Shown here: positions 45,718 through 59,980 of the stretch, piece by piece
How the letters are laid out: every line of letters begins with the position of its first letter
How positions within the stretch are numbered: position 1 is the stretch's first letter
Assembly: GCA_039621445.1 (NCBI GenBank)
Contig: CP154954.1
Location: 25,370,954 to 25,434,953 of the forward strand
Source of the DNA: Euglena gracilis
Taxonomy: Eukaryota
Direction of reading: 5' to 3'
DNA: 64,000 bases
The notes under the pieces: generated by a model
The model's input: the letters and a program-made list of their open reading frames with translations, nothing else
The model's database searches: none
Told to the model about the DNA's origin: nothing
Position numbers and translations under genes: made by a program

Positions 45718-46416
45718 GCCCCCACCCTGCCAGGGAAGCAGGCCGGGTTGTTTCCACGGGGTTCGGCTTCGGCTCTCTACCGTCACCGTTGCCCGCCACA
45801 GGGGTGACGTCCTGCAGAGTGCTTGCTGCCGGCCCCCGAATCGCTTCCTGCCCCAGTTCCTTCTCTGTCCTTACCTTCACCTCGACCGTCTCCAGACGAA
45901 GAGATGTGTGGGCGGCCTCCTCCCAACCTAGCCCCCGATTGACGTACTCCCCTCTGTCACCCATGACAGCATGACAATTATGTCGAGGTTCCGACCAGGC
46001 TGAACTTGAACGTGAGGTCGACTCCATCGTCGGGGGCCTGTTTGGACAGACAAACTTTAGGGGGAGTTGGACATGGTGTGCATGGCAAACAGTGGCCCAA
46101 CCGTGGTCCAGGCAGTCTTGTGCCAGAGCCTCCAACAATAAATAATATTTTTGTGGCAATTTTCCGCCCAAAGCTAGTCAGGAGCGACCTGGTCCGACCA
46201 GTCCGACCCCCCCCCCAGGCTTTCCCGTATTCCCGTTTTTGGGGGGGCACCAATTTTTCAGGTCAAAGTTCTCCTTTGGCGCCAAAGGAGGCTTCTTTGG
46301 CCAGGTGCCGTAGTGGGTAGGGCGGTCCAACCCCCCCACTTCCTGCACAGCCCTGACGACCCCCCAAAAGTATTTCCTGTGCTTTGTGGGTGCTTTGTGC
46401 TTTGTGGGAGCTCCCC

Positions 46417-47224
46417 CCATACAATCACTTAGTCACCAGGGGGTGACTGGTTTTTTTTGGAGTGACTGACTGTTTGTTTTCAGAGCAGGAGGGTCAAGAA
46501 AGAAACCACCAATTTTTTCGACTTTTTTTCCCGTTTTTGGTCAAATTCCCTTTGGATTCCAGAGTGGCCGACCCCTCCTGAGGGGGGGGTAGCAGGGATG
46601 GATGGGAAGCCCTTCGGTATTGAGGTAGGTGGTAGGGGGGGGGGGTCCCGACTACCCCCCCCCGGGGGGGGTAAGGTGGTAGGGGGGGGGGTCCGGACCC
46701 CCCCCCCTAGATGTTGGGAGGGGGGTCCGGACCCCCCACCCCCCCCTCCTTGACAGGTGCCAAATATAGCAGAAAATTTTCTTCCGGCGCTGCGCACCGG
46801 AAAATGAGCAAAAAACACCCCTTTTGCTGACTTTTGGCCATATTGCCCATTTTTTGATGTGTTGGTGTTTTCCCCCAAAAACATGTTCAAAAAATTTCAA
46901 AAAATGAGCATTTTTGGATCGATTTTCAAAGAAAAATCAGGGGTTTTTGACCGATTCCGACCCGATTTCTGGCCCTTTGCCCATCCATGAAATCGAAAAA
47001 ATTTCGGCCCCCCCTCAGTTTCGAGGTAGGAGGGGGGGGGTCCGACCCACCCCCCCCCCTCCGTGTCGGGAGGGGGGGTCCGACCCCCCCCCCCCTCAAG
47101 GCTTCCCATCCATCCCTGGGGGGTAGTGACTGACTGGTTTTCCGAGGGAAAAAGTGAGTGACTGGTTTTTGGAAGAGTGGAAGTGACCCCCCTTCCCCCT
47201 GGGGGTCGGTAAATAATTGCATGG
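46417..47224. mobile_element. MITE family D carrying a nested hAT-like MITE
   Basis: Collinear with 14986-15340 apart from the insert at 46593-47118. Confidence 0.75.
46593..47118. mobile_element. hAT-like MITE family F (CAG..CTG, 8-bp TSD)
   Basis: TIR CAGGGATGGATGGGAAGCC / GGCTTCCCATCCATCCCTG; TSD GGGGGTAG; empty site visible at ~15240. Confidence 0.92.
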
Positions 47225-50200
47225 TTCCCCCTCCGGGGGAATTGGTCCAGTTCGGCCTGATTCCAACCACCATGATGGGCCTCTCATCAGTTGTGGTGTA
47301 CAGTGGTTGGGCAGATCCTTGGTAGGGAAAGGGTGCCATACTGCAGCAGGTGTTTGGGGCCTCTGTCAGACCAAATGTGTCCCTGGGGAGCTTATATGGC
47401 CCCCAGTCGCCGTTCTGGCCGCCGACCTATGTTCGAACTCAGTTTTGTGGTCCAAGACAGCATTTGGGGGGGGGGGGGGCAAAAAAAAAGGTTGTTCCGG
47501 CGCGCTTTTGCGGCCCAAAACGCCATTTTGAGGTGGTTTTTTGGGGTTATTTGATGGTTAAAAAAAATCGATTTTTTTCAAAATATCTCGACAATGAAGC
47601 AAAATCAAAGAAATGTCCGAAGAGCAAAAATAAAGCCCTTGGAATGCTCTGTCCAACCATGGTTTTCTTTTCCCCCAACTCTTTGTGTAGCCCGAGTAAC
47701 GAACAATTTTCGGCCAATTTTGGCCATATTGTGCAGTTTTGGCCTGTTTTGACTTGGCCTTTTTTAGGTCAAAAAATTCGAAAAAAAATACCCAAAACCA
47801 TGTTTATTGGCCTCCCGGACCCAGAAAAGCCGTTTCAAGCCGAAAATGAGTGTTTTTCGACCCCCCCCCCCAGCCCCCCATTTTCGGCCTGAAACCCATG
47901 CATTTTGGCTCACTTCCGGGTCAGAAAATTTCCGGGCCAGTTTCGAGATTTTTTTTCTTTTCAAAAATCGATTTTTTTTATACCAAAAGTCTCACCCTGG
48001 CAGAGTCGAAACTGGGACGGGGTGGTGAATCCCACAGTTTGGACCCCTTATCGGCTGAATAACTCAGGCCGGCCAGGGAGTCAGGGTCAAACGGAGTTGT
48101 TTCGGAAAGCCAAGATCCAGTCACACGTGACTGGAACAAAAAAATCCAGAATGGGGCCGGGGTCATGGTGATAATCCATGGTTTGCATCACCCACCCCCC
48201 TTTCCCTTGGTGGTGAGCCCCACGCTTGCTCTGAAGAGATAAGAGCTCAGCGACCCCCCCCCCCATTTACACCCCCCCTGCACCTGACCAAACCAGCCAG
48301 ACCTTATAAATCCCAGGGTGTTTATAAGTGGAGAGTGGGTAGTTTTTCGATAATTTCTTTCCAATACTGGAAATCTTCCTCGAAACACCACCAGAAAGTT
48401 CAGTTCAAAGCTATTTTCCCAGAGTGCAACATCCTTCCCTCCCAAATGCAGGATTCACAATGCTCATTGGGGATAAATGTTCTTGTTTACACCGTTCGTT
48501 CTGTTTCTCAGACACGTTGGAGTTTTTCCTTCATTCATTTCAACTTGTTGGACGTCATGGCTGTGAGCCATCCGGATCGATTTTTTTCTGGTTCATCATT
48601 TTATGTTGGATTGAATCGCATCTGTATCGATGCTGTTGCCTGGACGTCGCCCAACCACTGCGTTTCTGGCCGCCCCCGCAGAAACCCCGGCCCACCTAAC
48701 CAGCGGTGTCGGAACAACTTTTTCCCGGGGGGGGGGGGGAGGAACCGACAAAATTTGGTGCACATCCTTTTTTTTCTTGGCGTGAAGCGCCGAGGAAATT
48801 TTTTCCTTGGCACAACCAAAACGTATTTTTTTTCTGTCCTCCCGGCCCCTTCGGGGCCGAGACGCTAACACCTTTTTGAAGTCCAATGCCCCAAAAAATT
48901 GAACCAGAAAAGCGAAATCATGGGTAGAACCCTTTTGGAAACCTCCCAACTCAACCCAAATGTCGACTTCGCATGTCGACTTGGGGGGGGGGGTGGCAAA
49001 GAAGCCATTTTCTCACTTTGCGCAAAATTGTTTTTTTTCATTGAAATTTACCCGCACAGTTTTCCCCAAACTCGGTTGGTCAAGAAAACGGAGGGAGGGG
49101 GACTCAGTTGGGGAATCGGTTTGTATTTAAAACTAGCGTTGGGTATCTTTCGAAAGATTGGGAAAATACATTTCATTTCAGAAACATTTCAGAAATATTT
49201 CGGAAATATTTCGAAAAATTAAAAAAAATTCCTTCATTTTTGCAACCATGAAGGATCCACCAGGATCCTTCATGGTGGACGACGTGCTTTTCATTATTCA
49301 AGTAGGTTTGCAGGAAGGGTGCATTTTGCAAATCTTTCACCAAGGGGAATATATACTTCTGAAATTTCATGAACCATTTCAAGTGAAATATTTCAACATT
49401 TTTTCGCCGCAATGCTACAAACGGCCAAGGCGAAAGTGGTTTGTGGGGTCCCAAAAAGCAATTAGCATCAAAGGTGGGAGGGAAAAAAGTCGGTTTGTGG
49501 CCAAAATCAAGCATCAAGAAGTGCCATGGGTTTTAGGCAAGTAAATGAGCATTTTCTCAGGGGCTTCATTTCGGCCGCCAAAGACGGCCGAGATATTTGG
49601 ATTTTGCAATTTCATTTTCCAGAAATTTGAATTTAACTGGTATGGTAGCTCCCGAAGGCAGCCAAGACGGTGACGCCCTTTGAAAATGGCATTTCAAAGA
49701 AAAACACCACACTCATCCCTCAAATTTTTTCTTTCCAAAATCCCGGGCGGCCGCCCCCCCCCCCCGACCCCCCCTTGTGACACCTATGCACTTAACGAGC
49801 AATGCCTCACCCCAGGCTATACCTCTCCTCGCAGCGACGCTTGCTGCCCCCCACACAACGTCCCGTCTGTGGTTGGGGGCAGGGGCCCTGCACCTGTATA
49901 TGGTGACACGCTCGTCCCTCGTATTCATTCTTTAACACCCCGCGCATGGTATATCCCTCACGTGCCCAACTTCCACAGTTGCCGATTGGTTTGAAGCACT
50001 CTCGTCGACCAATAGCACAGCTTTTCATGAATTGTGCAGAATTCAAATCCCGCAAAAATCACAACCTCATGTTCCCAATGCACAACATGGATCACAACAT
50101 TGTTTGAGAATGTCGACATTGTTCGGAATATCCAGCTGCAAATGTTTAGCATTCAGGTCAGTGAGTGTGCAACAGCAAGGATTCCTCTAGCGGACGTCTA

Positions 50201-50998
50201 TGAGGCAAGCCTTCCTTCCCAAGGAGAGTTGATTACCGACCTCCCACCCCTCCTTTCCCTAAGGGAGGGGACCTCAGGACCCCTCCGCTCCATGACAAAG
50301 GGCAGGGGGGGGGCTATTTTTGGCCTTTTTTGCCGAAGTTGGCCCACTTTGGACCATTCTGAGCCACAGTGGGCTATTTTTGAATCATTTGGGCCACTGT
50401 TGGCTATTTTTGGTCATTTTTGGCTACTGTTGGCGATTGTTTTTCATCTCATCAACTGTTTTTTTTTGGGGGGGTCATCTCGCCATTTTCTATCGCAGAA
50501 TCGGAAAATGCAAAATATTGCCGTTTTTGCCTTGTTTTTGGAGATTTTTGCCATTTTTGGCCACTTTTGGCCATTTTTTTGGTAATTTTTTTTGGCCCGG
50601 TTTGACCCATTTTGACCATTTCTTGCCCACTTTTTTGACTATTTCTGATCACTTTTGGCTGATTTTGCCCACTTTTGGTCATTTGAGATTATTCTCTCCT
50701 GCTTTGGGCTAATTTTGGCTATTGTGAGGCACTTTATTTTGGCATTTTTTGGTGATTTTTGGCCATTTTTTGTTGTTGTTTTTTTTTGCCTTTTTGGGCA
50801 CGCCTTTGTTGGATTCGGCTGGGGGATGTAGGTATTAGAGTGGATGCGGAATCATGGCATGTGGGAATTGGAGCGGATGTGGAATGCTGGTACTGGAGCG
50901 GACGCGATTACTGGAGCAGATGGGGATGTGGCTACTGGAAGCGGCGGATGCGGCCATTGAAGCGGTTGTGGCCACTGGAGCGGATGCGGCTACTAGAG

Positions 50999-51544
50999 CA
51001 GGCTTTTGCTTAAGGGGTTGCAGTGGGGGGGGGGGGCTGGACTGCAGCTAGTCCAAATTTGGCTATTTTTCTAGCAGACCCCCCGGGGGGGGGGGGTCTG
51101 CTAGCAGGGCTAGCTATTGGAAACTTTTTTCCCAGTGACCGGCGCGAAGCACCGTAAATTTTTTTGGGACCCCCAAAAGTGGCTAAAAATGCCCGTTTTT
51201 GGCCATTTTTGGGAATTTTTGGAACAAAATCAGCCAAAAACCTACCTACCCCCCCCCCCCCCGGGAAACTGGCATGCCCGAGAACCTGTCAGGGTCCCGC
51301 CCGGGAAACTTTCAGGGTCCCCGGTACCGGCCAACCTGTCATGATAGGAAGTTGTCAGGGTCCCCGGTACCGGCCAACCTGCCAGGTGACAGTTTCCCGG
51401 GGGGGGGGGTAGGTATTAAAAACCTCAATTTTTTTCCAGTTGGGGGGACCCCCGGACCCCCCCCCCCCCCCCGGGGGGTCTAGCTAGTCCACTTTTTCCA
51501 GTGTCCAGCCGATTGGCTAGCCAGTACCCCCCCCCGGGGTCCTT
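50999..51544 (+). mobile_element. MITE family A with deleted right TIR and a nested TA-MITE
   Basis: Left TIR intact after TACTAGAG. The right end stops at GGTCCTT, followed by partial TSD CTAGAG. Confidence 0.88.
51245..51413. mobile_element. TA-MITE family E nested in a family A copy
   Basis: TIR CCTACCCC..CGGGAAACTG / CAGTTTCCCG..GGGGTAGG. Duplicates the single TA seen at this site in the family A copies at 39599 and 42499. Confidence 0.92.
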
Positions 51545-52155
51545 CTAGAGCAGATGCGGTCACTGGAGCGGATGAGGAGATGCAATTCCATGGCTAGATG
51601 TGGGACGATGTGGGGATGCGGGTGCTGATGAAGATGTGCAGATACAGGCACTAGAGCGAAAATAGGGTTAAAATCAGCCAAAAAAGGTCCAAAAGTGACC
51701 AAAATTGGTCAAAAGTTGCCCAAAAGGGCCAAAAGTGGCAATGAGCAACAAAAGCAAAAAGGGCACTATTGAGGACCAAAGGCAATGCGGGGCGCTGCAG
51801 GGCGATGCGGGACCCAAAGGGGTGGGTAACCAAAGGTGCTTGCCTCTGGCTCAATAAAACTCTGGCAGCCTCAGAAAATTTTATTTGGTGCAAAGTGCCA
51901 AAAAATTTTGGGAAACGGGGTCAAAAAAAACACCCAAAAATGGCATTTTCCTCAACCCAAAAGTTTGGCCGAAAGATGCCAATCCAGCTGGATTTGTATT
52001 TTTTGCCTTATTTTTTGGGACACCTGCCAGGTCCAGCCGCCGGGCAGCCACCCCCCCCCCCACGGGGTCAGCAGTGTTTTTTTTTCCAGCCAGCACGTTT
52101 TCCAGCTGGCCCGTGGGACCCCTGGGTCGTTAAAGAGAAAACACCAAGAAAATTA

Positions 52156-52315
52156 CCAATCCCCCCCGGGAAACTCTCATGCCCTAGAACCTGTCAGGGT
52201 CCCGCCCGGGAAATTGTCAGGGTCCTTGGTACCGGCCAACCTGTCAGTATAGGAAGTTGCCAGGGTCCCTGGTATTGTCCAACCTGTCAGCTGACAGTTT
52301 CCAGGGGGGGGTAGG
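52156..52315. mobile_element. TA-MITE family E, second copy
   Basis: Collinear with 51245-51413; TA flanks. Confidence 0.88.
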
Positions 52316-54224
52316 TACCTGCTTGAGGCGTTGCTCTCACCTGCACAGGCTTTGGTTTGGTGTTCTTGGTTGCTTCCTCCTGCCCCCCACCCCCCCCCCC
52401 ACCCCACTCCCTGAGCTGCCAAGTCTGCCTGTGGGGAGAGGGAGACTGGACCACCTCGGTGACCAGACATTTTTCTTCCCCAGCCCCAGCAGGATCAGCC
52501 TTGTCACTTGTTCCAGTTGCATTGTTTGTGCGGCGTTTCAGGTGATTGGGGGGCGTGGCCGTTGCCCCGCGAAGCGGCACGTGAGGCCCCCAGCACTCTC
52601 CTGCCCTGCAGCGAAGCAACCCCTTTCCTCGCTTCGGGTTATATACGGCCAAGCCCTTCCCCGGCCAGGAGCTGGGTGGGCCGAGGACACACTGGATGAA
52701 AGTCAGCCGGATCTTGGCCTTGACAGGGAAAGTGTGTCAGGGATTTGGGGGGGGAGTTCCCTGCCTTTGACCATCGAGGGTCCAGCCCACCCTACCTGTC
52801 AGGTTTCCACCCCTGGTCCCTGACACTATTTATAAACCGCCTCATAATGATAACCGTTTTCAGAAGTAATCAAAAAGAATGCTCAAATTGCACCTATTGA
52901 TGATTTACTCTTTATGTGGAACTCACTTAAGAGATAAGAGTCCCCTACCATAATCGAGAAAAAGAGGAGTGCATGTGGACATTTCGCACCGTCAATGAAG
53001 AGGAGGGGTGACCTTTTTTTTTGAGGGGAACATCGGATGTTTTCTGAGACCAGAGGTGATTATCCCCCCAAGGGGGGGGGGGGCAGTCATGTGCACATAC
53101 AGAAAAGGACAGAGGCATGATGAAGGGCAGATTGTGGGCCGTGGCATCTGGTCGCGGAGACCAACGTGGTTCTGGACCCACTCTTTCAATTTTGTTTTCG
53201 CTTTGCACCGATATTTTTTTGATTCAGCTCGTCAGGCTGCAACCCGTCACCTTGAAGGACGGTCGTGGATGGGTTTGTCTGGCTGGGCATGTTGTGCCCT
53301 GCTTGTCTCTTATTGGACCGAGTTGTATGGCGCTCGCTTCTGCCATCACTGCTCACACGCTGACGCAAATAAATTTCAGGGTCGGGGTCAGGCAGAGCAA
53401 GTACCCCGACAAAGGCGGGCTTGCCTCTGTTTTTGGCACCGAAGGTTTTCCGGACCCCAAACTTGACGGCACAGTGTTCTAGTGCATCCCCAATTTAAGC
53501 CCTACCAAAATCCCCCCGGTGGGTGGGTGGAGGGACCCCTCCCCCTCCCCCTCACCGGGCAGGGCAGCAGAAAGGGAAACGGCCTCATGGCCAGGGTGGT
53601 GGGTGGGGGGGGGGGGTCGACCATCCCCCCCACCACCACCTCTTCCCGTTGTTTTGGTGGCACCAATTTTTGGACCCCAAAAAAATTTCCTGGCGCCTTC
53701 GGCGCCGGGTGTTTTTTTGACCCATTTTGGGATCCACATACGAGGTCCCCCCAAAAACCCCCCAAAACCCCATTTTTTCACACCTTCCAAAATATCAACA
53801 TTTTCTCGAAATTTTGATTTTCGGAGGTTTTTGATGCAAAAAAAGCCATTGAAAATCAAAAAAATCCAAGAGAAAAAATCTCAGTAAAATTGGACTATGC
53901 AAAAAAATTGTCCATTTTTTGAGCTTCGTTTTTTTTTTTTACCCCTCCTAAAAACTACCAACTTTTAACCTGAGAATTTTGAGATTTTTTTTTGTGAAAA
54001 AATGTGGTTTTCCATCAAAAAATCATGTATTTTGGGTTCGTTTTTCAAGAAAAAATCAAAAATTTCCCCCGGCCAACATCCCAGTTGGCCGAAATTGGTG
54101 AAAATGCTGTGGTGGGTTTGGGAGGTCGACTCACCCCCCCCCCCACCTCCCGGGGGGGAGGTCGACCCCCCCACCAGGCCTTCCCGTTCTGCCCTGTCCC
54201 CGGGGGATGAGTGAACCAGCCCAA

Positions 54225-55550
54225 ACGTCTAGCTCCATCCCTCCCCTGGGGTCCTTAAAGTGGCATGCAACATGTATTGTTGATATCTTTGCTAATGAAT
54301 GAACAAATGAACCTCCAACGTGCTGAGCAAACCTGTGTGCAAATCATCCTTTGCGTGTTGGCCCCTTCTTGGTTTGGGCCAACTTTGGAAGCAAGCCGAA
54401 TGTTGGTTTGCTAATACCCCATCTACCTCCCCAAACCACTGGTGGCCATCTTTTATACATGGAAACAGATGAACAGCAGGGGAGGGAAATGAAGTTGCAT
54501 CCCTTGCATATTTTTTGCACAATACTCCAAAATCTAAAAAGTTTGCATTTTTACAAAATAAAGCATTTGTGAAAAGTTGTTGTTTTTTTGCAATTTTTGC
54601 ATATTTTACCTTACCGATTTCGGGGGGGGGGGGCAATTATACAGGCAAGTTGCTCTACTCCCAGACAAATGGAAGTTGCAAACTACACGGTTTTAGACCA
54701 ATTTTACACAAAAAGTCGTTGCAAAATGAAATATCAGTGTGTGCAAACTGGGCAAAGCAACCATGTCACTTTGCAAGTGTGCACCACACCTTCTTTTGGT
54801 GTGCATTTTTTGTGCATTTTTTGACTTTTTGGGCATTTTTTCCAAAAATTGTACAAGACACTGTTTTTTTTTAATGCTTTTATGTGTTCTAGAGAGTTCT
54901 AGAGAGTGTTGTAGAGAAAAGTCTGAATAATTGTCTGTTTGTCCCAAACATGCACTGTGTTGCACACCAAATGCAGTAAAGTTGCAAACTGAATTTTTCG
55001 GAAGGAGATGAAAAGAGTCTTTAAGTCCTCTCCAACATAAAAGTGTATCTGCATACTGGCATGTTTTGAGGGGCTTTGTTGCATATCCCCCCTTTGCAGA
55101 CAGAAAGACAGGAGGTGCACGTTCCTCTTTGGGCGGCAAACAAATGTGGATCCTCGAAAATTTAGACCCTTCTGCTCCCTCCACTCCTGGGACAACTGAG
55201 CACAGCCTCTTTTTAGCAGCAGCGGTGGCAATGGCAGTGGTCGAGGTAGATTATTATAGGGCACATGCATCTCTTTACAGTTTTGCAATTCCCCTCGGAG
55301 GGCTGATGCAGCCAGCCCCAGTTTTGGCCCAGCCCAGATGCAGTGGACCTCCCCGGAGCTAGCCCTGCTGACTCCCAAAAAAAAATGACACCCCCAAAAT
55401 AAGACCACCCAAAATAAAGACCTCTCCAAAAAGACCCCGCCTGAAGCACTGGGAGGGATAAATTTTTCCCTGAAAAATTACCAAAAGCCCCAATTTCAGA
55501 CACAAAAATGATGAAATTTTGAAGATTTGAAGATTTTAGGGTTAGGGCAA
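54225..55550 (-). repeat. Diverged inverted homolog of the non-LINE part of the tandem unit
   Basis: The reverse complement is collinear with ~3080-4640; the ORF track shows matching MEGAE.SKF..I.ICL translations. Confidence 0.9.
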
Positions 55551-58500
55551 ATCAACATACTAAATGTCTATGTGTGCCAATTTACACATTGCACGAAGCG
55601 CTGGAGGAAAAATTTTAGTGTTCAGAGAATCTGAAAATGATGTTTTGGGTTTTTTGGGGGGTCAAAGAAAAATCAGACCCCCCCCATAAGTAAGTCCCCC
55701 TGATTCCCCTGTTTCCAACAACAGACCCAAAAATAAGAACTGGGTCTCATTTTGGGGGCAGGTTAGCCAGCCCTTTTTTGCTGGGTCCAGCCCAAGAGTT
55801 TTTGGCGTGAAGCGCCAATTTTTTTGGGGGGGGATGTTCAAAAATGGCCGAAAGTGGTTTTTTTTGAGCGTTTTGGGCGTTTTATTGGGAGTGTCAGATG
55901 CTCATTTCTGATCGTGTTCGCAGGTCATTTTGGGTATTTTCCCGATTTCGGCCCAACCTGGCCATCTCAGATCCAGCCAGGATCCAGCCCCCTCCGAGGG
56001 GGGGGGGGGGGGCTAGCCCGTCCAAATTTCCAGCCCCATCCCATCAATCCCCCCTCCAGAGTCCCTAATGCGATGCATGATAAAGCCTCAGACTCAAACA
56101 ACTGCCTTACGCGTACAACAGGGGACTTTTTAGCCTGGAGGAGCCCACTCCTCGCCCAGCTGGCTGTGCCAAAATTTTTGGAAACAAGGGTCAAACAGGG
56201 CCAAAGGATGGTTTTGGGGGGCGTTACCTCGAAGCGTCGGCTTTCAATTTCCAACCCAACCATCAGTAGGGCTCCGAGCCAAATCCCAACACTTGGAACC
56301 CAAGGTATCCCGAATGGGAGGGTCAGCCAGAGCGGCCCAGGAGCCCCCCATCGATCAGGGCCGCCCAGCTCAAGTGTCGAAATATCAATATTTTACACAG
56401 TTTGCAGTTCCTTGGGCATTTTTTGCACTGCCTGATTTTTTTGCCCTCCCCCCCTCCTCGGGCGCTTGGCCCCCTCCTCCTCACATGCAAACTTGGCCCG
56501 TTAAAGTTGGCTTTCGGCCTGTTGGCCGCCTTGACATGCAAACTTGGCTCCCATAAATTGGCCCCCTGGCCTTACCTTCAATCCTGTCCCGGGCCAAGCG
56601 CCGGGGGGGGGGGGGGGGGCTTCAATCGTGGCCTGGGCGGGCCAAAGCGCCGGGGGAGGTTCGCAGTTTGACCCTCGCTGGGCCCAGTTTCAGTTGGGGA
56701 ACCTTTCTTCCTGGCCCCCCCTCTCCACCCAGCCACTGAATTTTTCCAGTCCCTGAGCTGAACCCACCGAGGGTATTCATTAAGCGATGCCTGACCCTGA
56801 AGGGTGGTGATTTTTTCTTCTCCCTGTAAAAAATGTCTGTGTCTTATCCTGCTGTGCTACTGTGGAAACACCGACGAGCGCTATGCGCCTCTGATTGTGG
56901 AAGCAGCCAGGCACCTATGGCTAAAATGACCCAAAATGACGTTATGATTTCCGAGGCACAGGGGTCCCAAAATGCCCCCCCACCCCTGTCCAAGACATAC
57001 CATGTCGTTGACAAACCGTTGTGCCAATGACGCTTTCAGGAATGTTGCTGTGTCTTGGACAAGGGGTGGGTGGGAAGGGAAAACGAAATTATTGCCTGGA
57101 TTAATTGTAATACGCGGGAGTTGTTGTTGTCATGAGTGGCAAAAATGGCACGAAATCTGAAAACACGTATTGACCGCCAAAATTGCCGTCAGGAAAAGTT
57201 CTGTTCAGCATTTCTCCCAAAGCTAGCCAGGGTAAGTTGGGTTCAAGGTACCTTCATTACAGGGGGAGGGGGATTGGGCATAGATAAAATTGGTTCCCAC
57301 AAAATTGGCAGCACAAAAAATTGGGGACTTTTGTTGAAATGATCCAGAAATATTTGGGCACCTTCTTCAAAATGATGGGGAAAAAATGGTCGATAAAAAT
57401 TCTGAACTGAGTCAAAATCAAACCCATGATCATCAAACCCACACGCAGACGTTCCACCACTGAACCATCAGTACGATGGTGACCTCATTGATTATAACAC
57501 AAAACAGGTTGACCCTGCCAATCTTTAAAAAAGATGAACTCACAGATGAACGATTCAATGAATCTCAAATCGCAACAAAATGGAGTGACACAATCCCCAA
57601 CAAATGTCGATGCGTTCTTGTGTTTCTTGCTAGGCACAGAAGGAAGGAGGTGGGGGACAAGGGGAAAAAACGTTCATGGCAAACCACACCGCATCACAGC
57701 GCAAACCATCCAAGCCAGCTTTGCCTTGAAAAAAAAACCCAAATTTTCTTCTTAAAATTGTTCGGAAAAAGTTGGGCACCTTTCTTATTTTCATCCAGAA
57801 GTATTTGGGCGATTTTTGGCCAACCAATTTTGTCCGAACCAATTCTATCTATGCCCAATTTCCTCCCCCCTGTAGAGGAGAACACCTCAGTTTCTGGCAG
57901 GGAGGGGTCTGAAACCTTGGATATGGACTCCGACTATGCCTGGCAGGTGCCACCCTAAGGACAATTTGATTGTTGGCCTGCACTGGGACCCAAACCGACC
58001 CCTTCCCCCCCCCCCGGGGTTGCATATTGACCCCCCCCAAATTTAAAATCCCCCCAAATATAAAAACCCCCTGAAGACCTTGAAATCCCGCCCGAATATA
58101 AAACCCCCTCTCCTGGCGCGAAGCAACGGAAGGAAATTTTTTTGACAAATTCTCTCCTGAAATCGTGCTTTTTGGCAGATTTGGGAACACTTGGGACTAA
58201 AAACACCTGAAACCTGCTCCTTCGCCCGAAAGTGAAATTTTTGGACCCCCAAGGGTGGGCATGTTTGTGATTTTGGACCGAAAAAGTGACTATTTGATCC
58301 CACCAGCAAGTTGTTTTTCCCGACCGAATATACCCCCCCCCCCAAATATAAAACCCCCCTGGGGGTTTTGAAATTTCCGCCTGAATACAAAACCGGGGGG
58401 GGGGTTTATAATTGGAGGGGGTTACAATATTCGCAGCAGAAGGTCTTCTGTCAGGACTTCCTCCCAGGTAGGATTTTTGAACGTGAGTATATCCCTGCTT

Positions 58501-59732
58501 CCGTCGATACGTGTTCCCTTCTGATGAAATGTTAAAGATTTATGCACGTTTGATACCTCCCCCCCCCGGGGAGGGGGAGGTATCCCCCCCACACTTCTTA
58601 ACATGCAAACTTGGCCCCCTAAAGTTGGCCTTTTCTGCAAACTTTCAATCCTGGCCTTTAGTAAAATTTCTTTCCAGAAAGCCGCCGGGACGACGTTTGT
58701 AAACACAAATACTGATTTTTTGGCAATTTTATGAGACTGACCAACGTCAAAAATGCCTTTTTTGACCAAATTTGCCAAAAATTGTCACGTTGGGGGGTTT
58801 CGGCGTCATTTTGGTCGGATTTTCACCAACGATTCCTTGACTTATAAACCAGGTTTTGAATAGTGCTTACTCTTAATGGGACTTGCGCGCAACGTACGGC
58901 CGAAATAAATTACCATTGCCAATTTCGCATAATTTATGATTTATAAAATACACCTGTAAACAGTTTTTTTTTTTGACCCTCCAGAGCCCCGTTTTTGGCC
59001 CGAAAGGTTTTTGGTCAAAAAAGCTGGAAAAAAATATGTAACTTGCATAAAAATTACTGTTAGTTACGGTTTCGGGCAATTTTTTCGATGTTTCTTGACT
59101 TTTTTTGACACAAAAATTACCCAAATCCACAAGTTTCGGGCCAAAACCGGGGTGCTGGCGTGAAAATGAGCGTTTTTTGAACCCCCAGCACCCATTTTTG
59201 GCCCGAAACCTATGGAGTTTGGGTCAAAATAACGGGTCAAAAAAGGTCGAAACAATTGAAATTTTTTTGGCCGAAAGGATGTTTTTTGGGCCGGAAAATG
59301 AGCGTTTTTCACCCGCTCAAAAGCAGTTTTTCCAGGTCCGGGAGGCCTAAAAACATCGTTTTGGGCATCGTTTTGGACATTTTGTCAGACCGACACTTCC
59401 AGAAATAATGTACGTTTTCTCGAGATACTTTCGAAAAATCGATATTTGTGATGCTTGTGGTGAGCTTCATCGGTGAAGTTCACCATTGGTTATGTGAGGG
59501 AGGGAAGGTGTCCAGGAACCCCCAATGAAGTTCCAAACAGTGAGCCTCACCACGGGGGGGGGGGAGGTCCAAAATGGCCAATACTGCCTTATATCCTAGG
59601 CTGATGGCGGCCAGGAGTCCAAGATTCGACGGACAAAACTCTTTCCAAGCCGAAAGAAACCTTTCGGTCGCCTTCGGTGGCCGGCTTTTTGCAAAAAAAA
59701 AAAATGCGGGTCGCTGCATTATGGGTGTGGGG

Positions 59733-59980
59733 CTGGCCTTTGCTTAAGGGTTCGCAGCACCTCCCCGGGGGGAGGGCTGGATTGCAGCTGGTCCAAATTT
59801 GGTTAGTGGGAATTCTAGGTTCCCCGGGGGAATCTGCTTGGCAGGGCTAGTTAGGGAGGGAAAGTTAGGGAAGTTTTTCAAGTGACCGGCGCCCCAAAAT
59901 GGCCAAAAATGTCCATGTTTGGCCGTTTTTAAAAACCTCATTTCCACCTTAGTTGCACAGCGCCGGTTGGGGGGACCCTG
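59733..59980 (+). mobile_element. MITE family A, degenerate copy
   Basis: CTGGCCTTTGCTTAAGGG..GTCCAAATTTGG..CAGGGCTAG..AAAAACCTCATTTCCACC. Confidence 0.75.
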
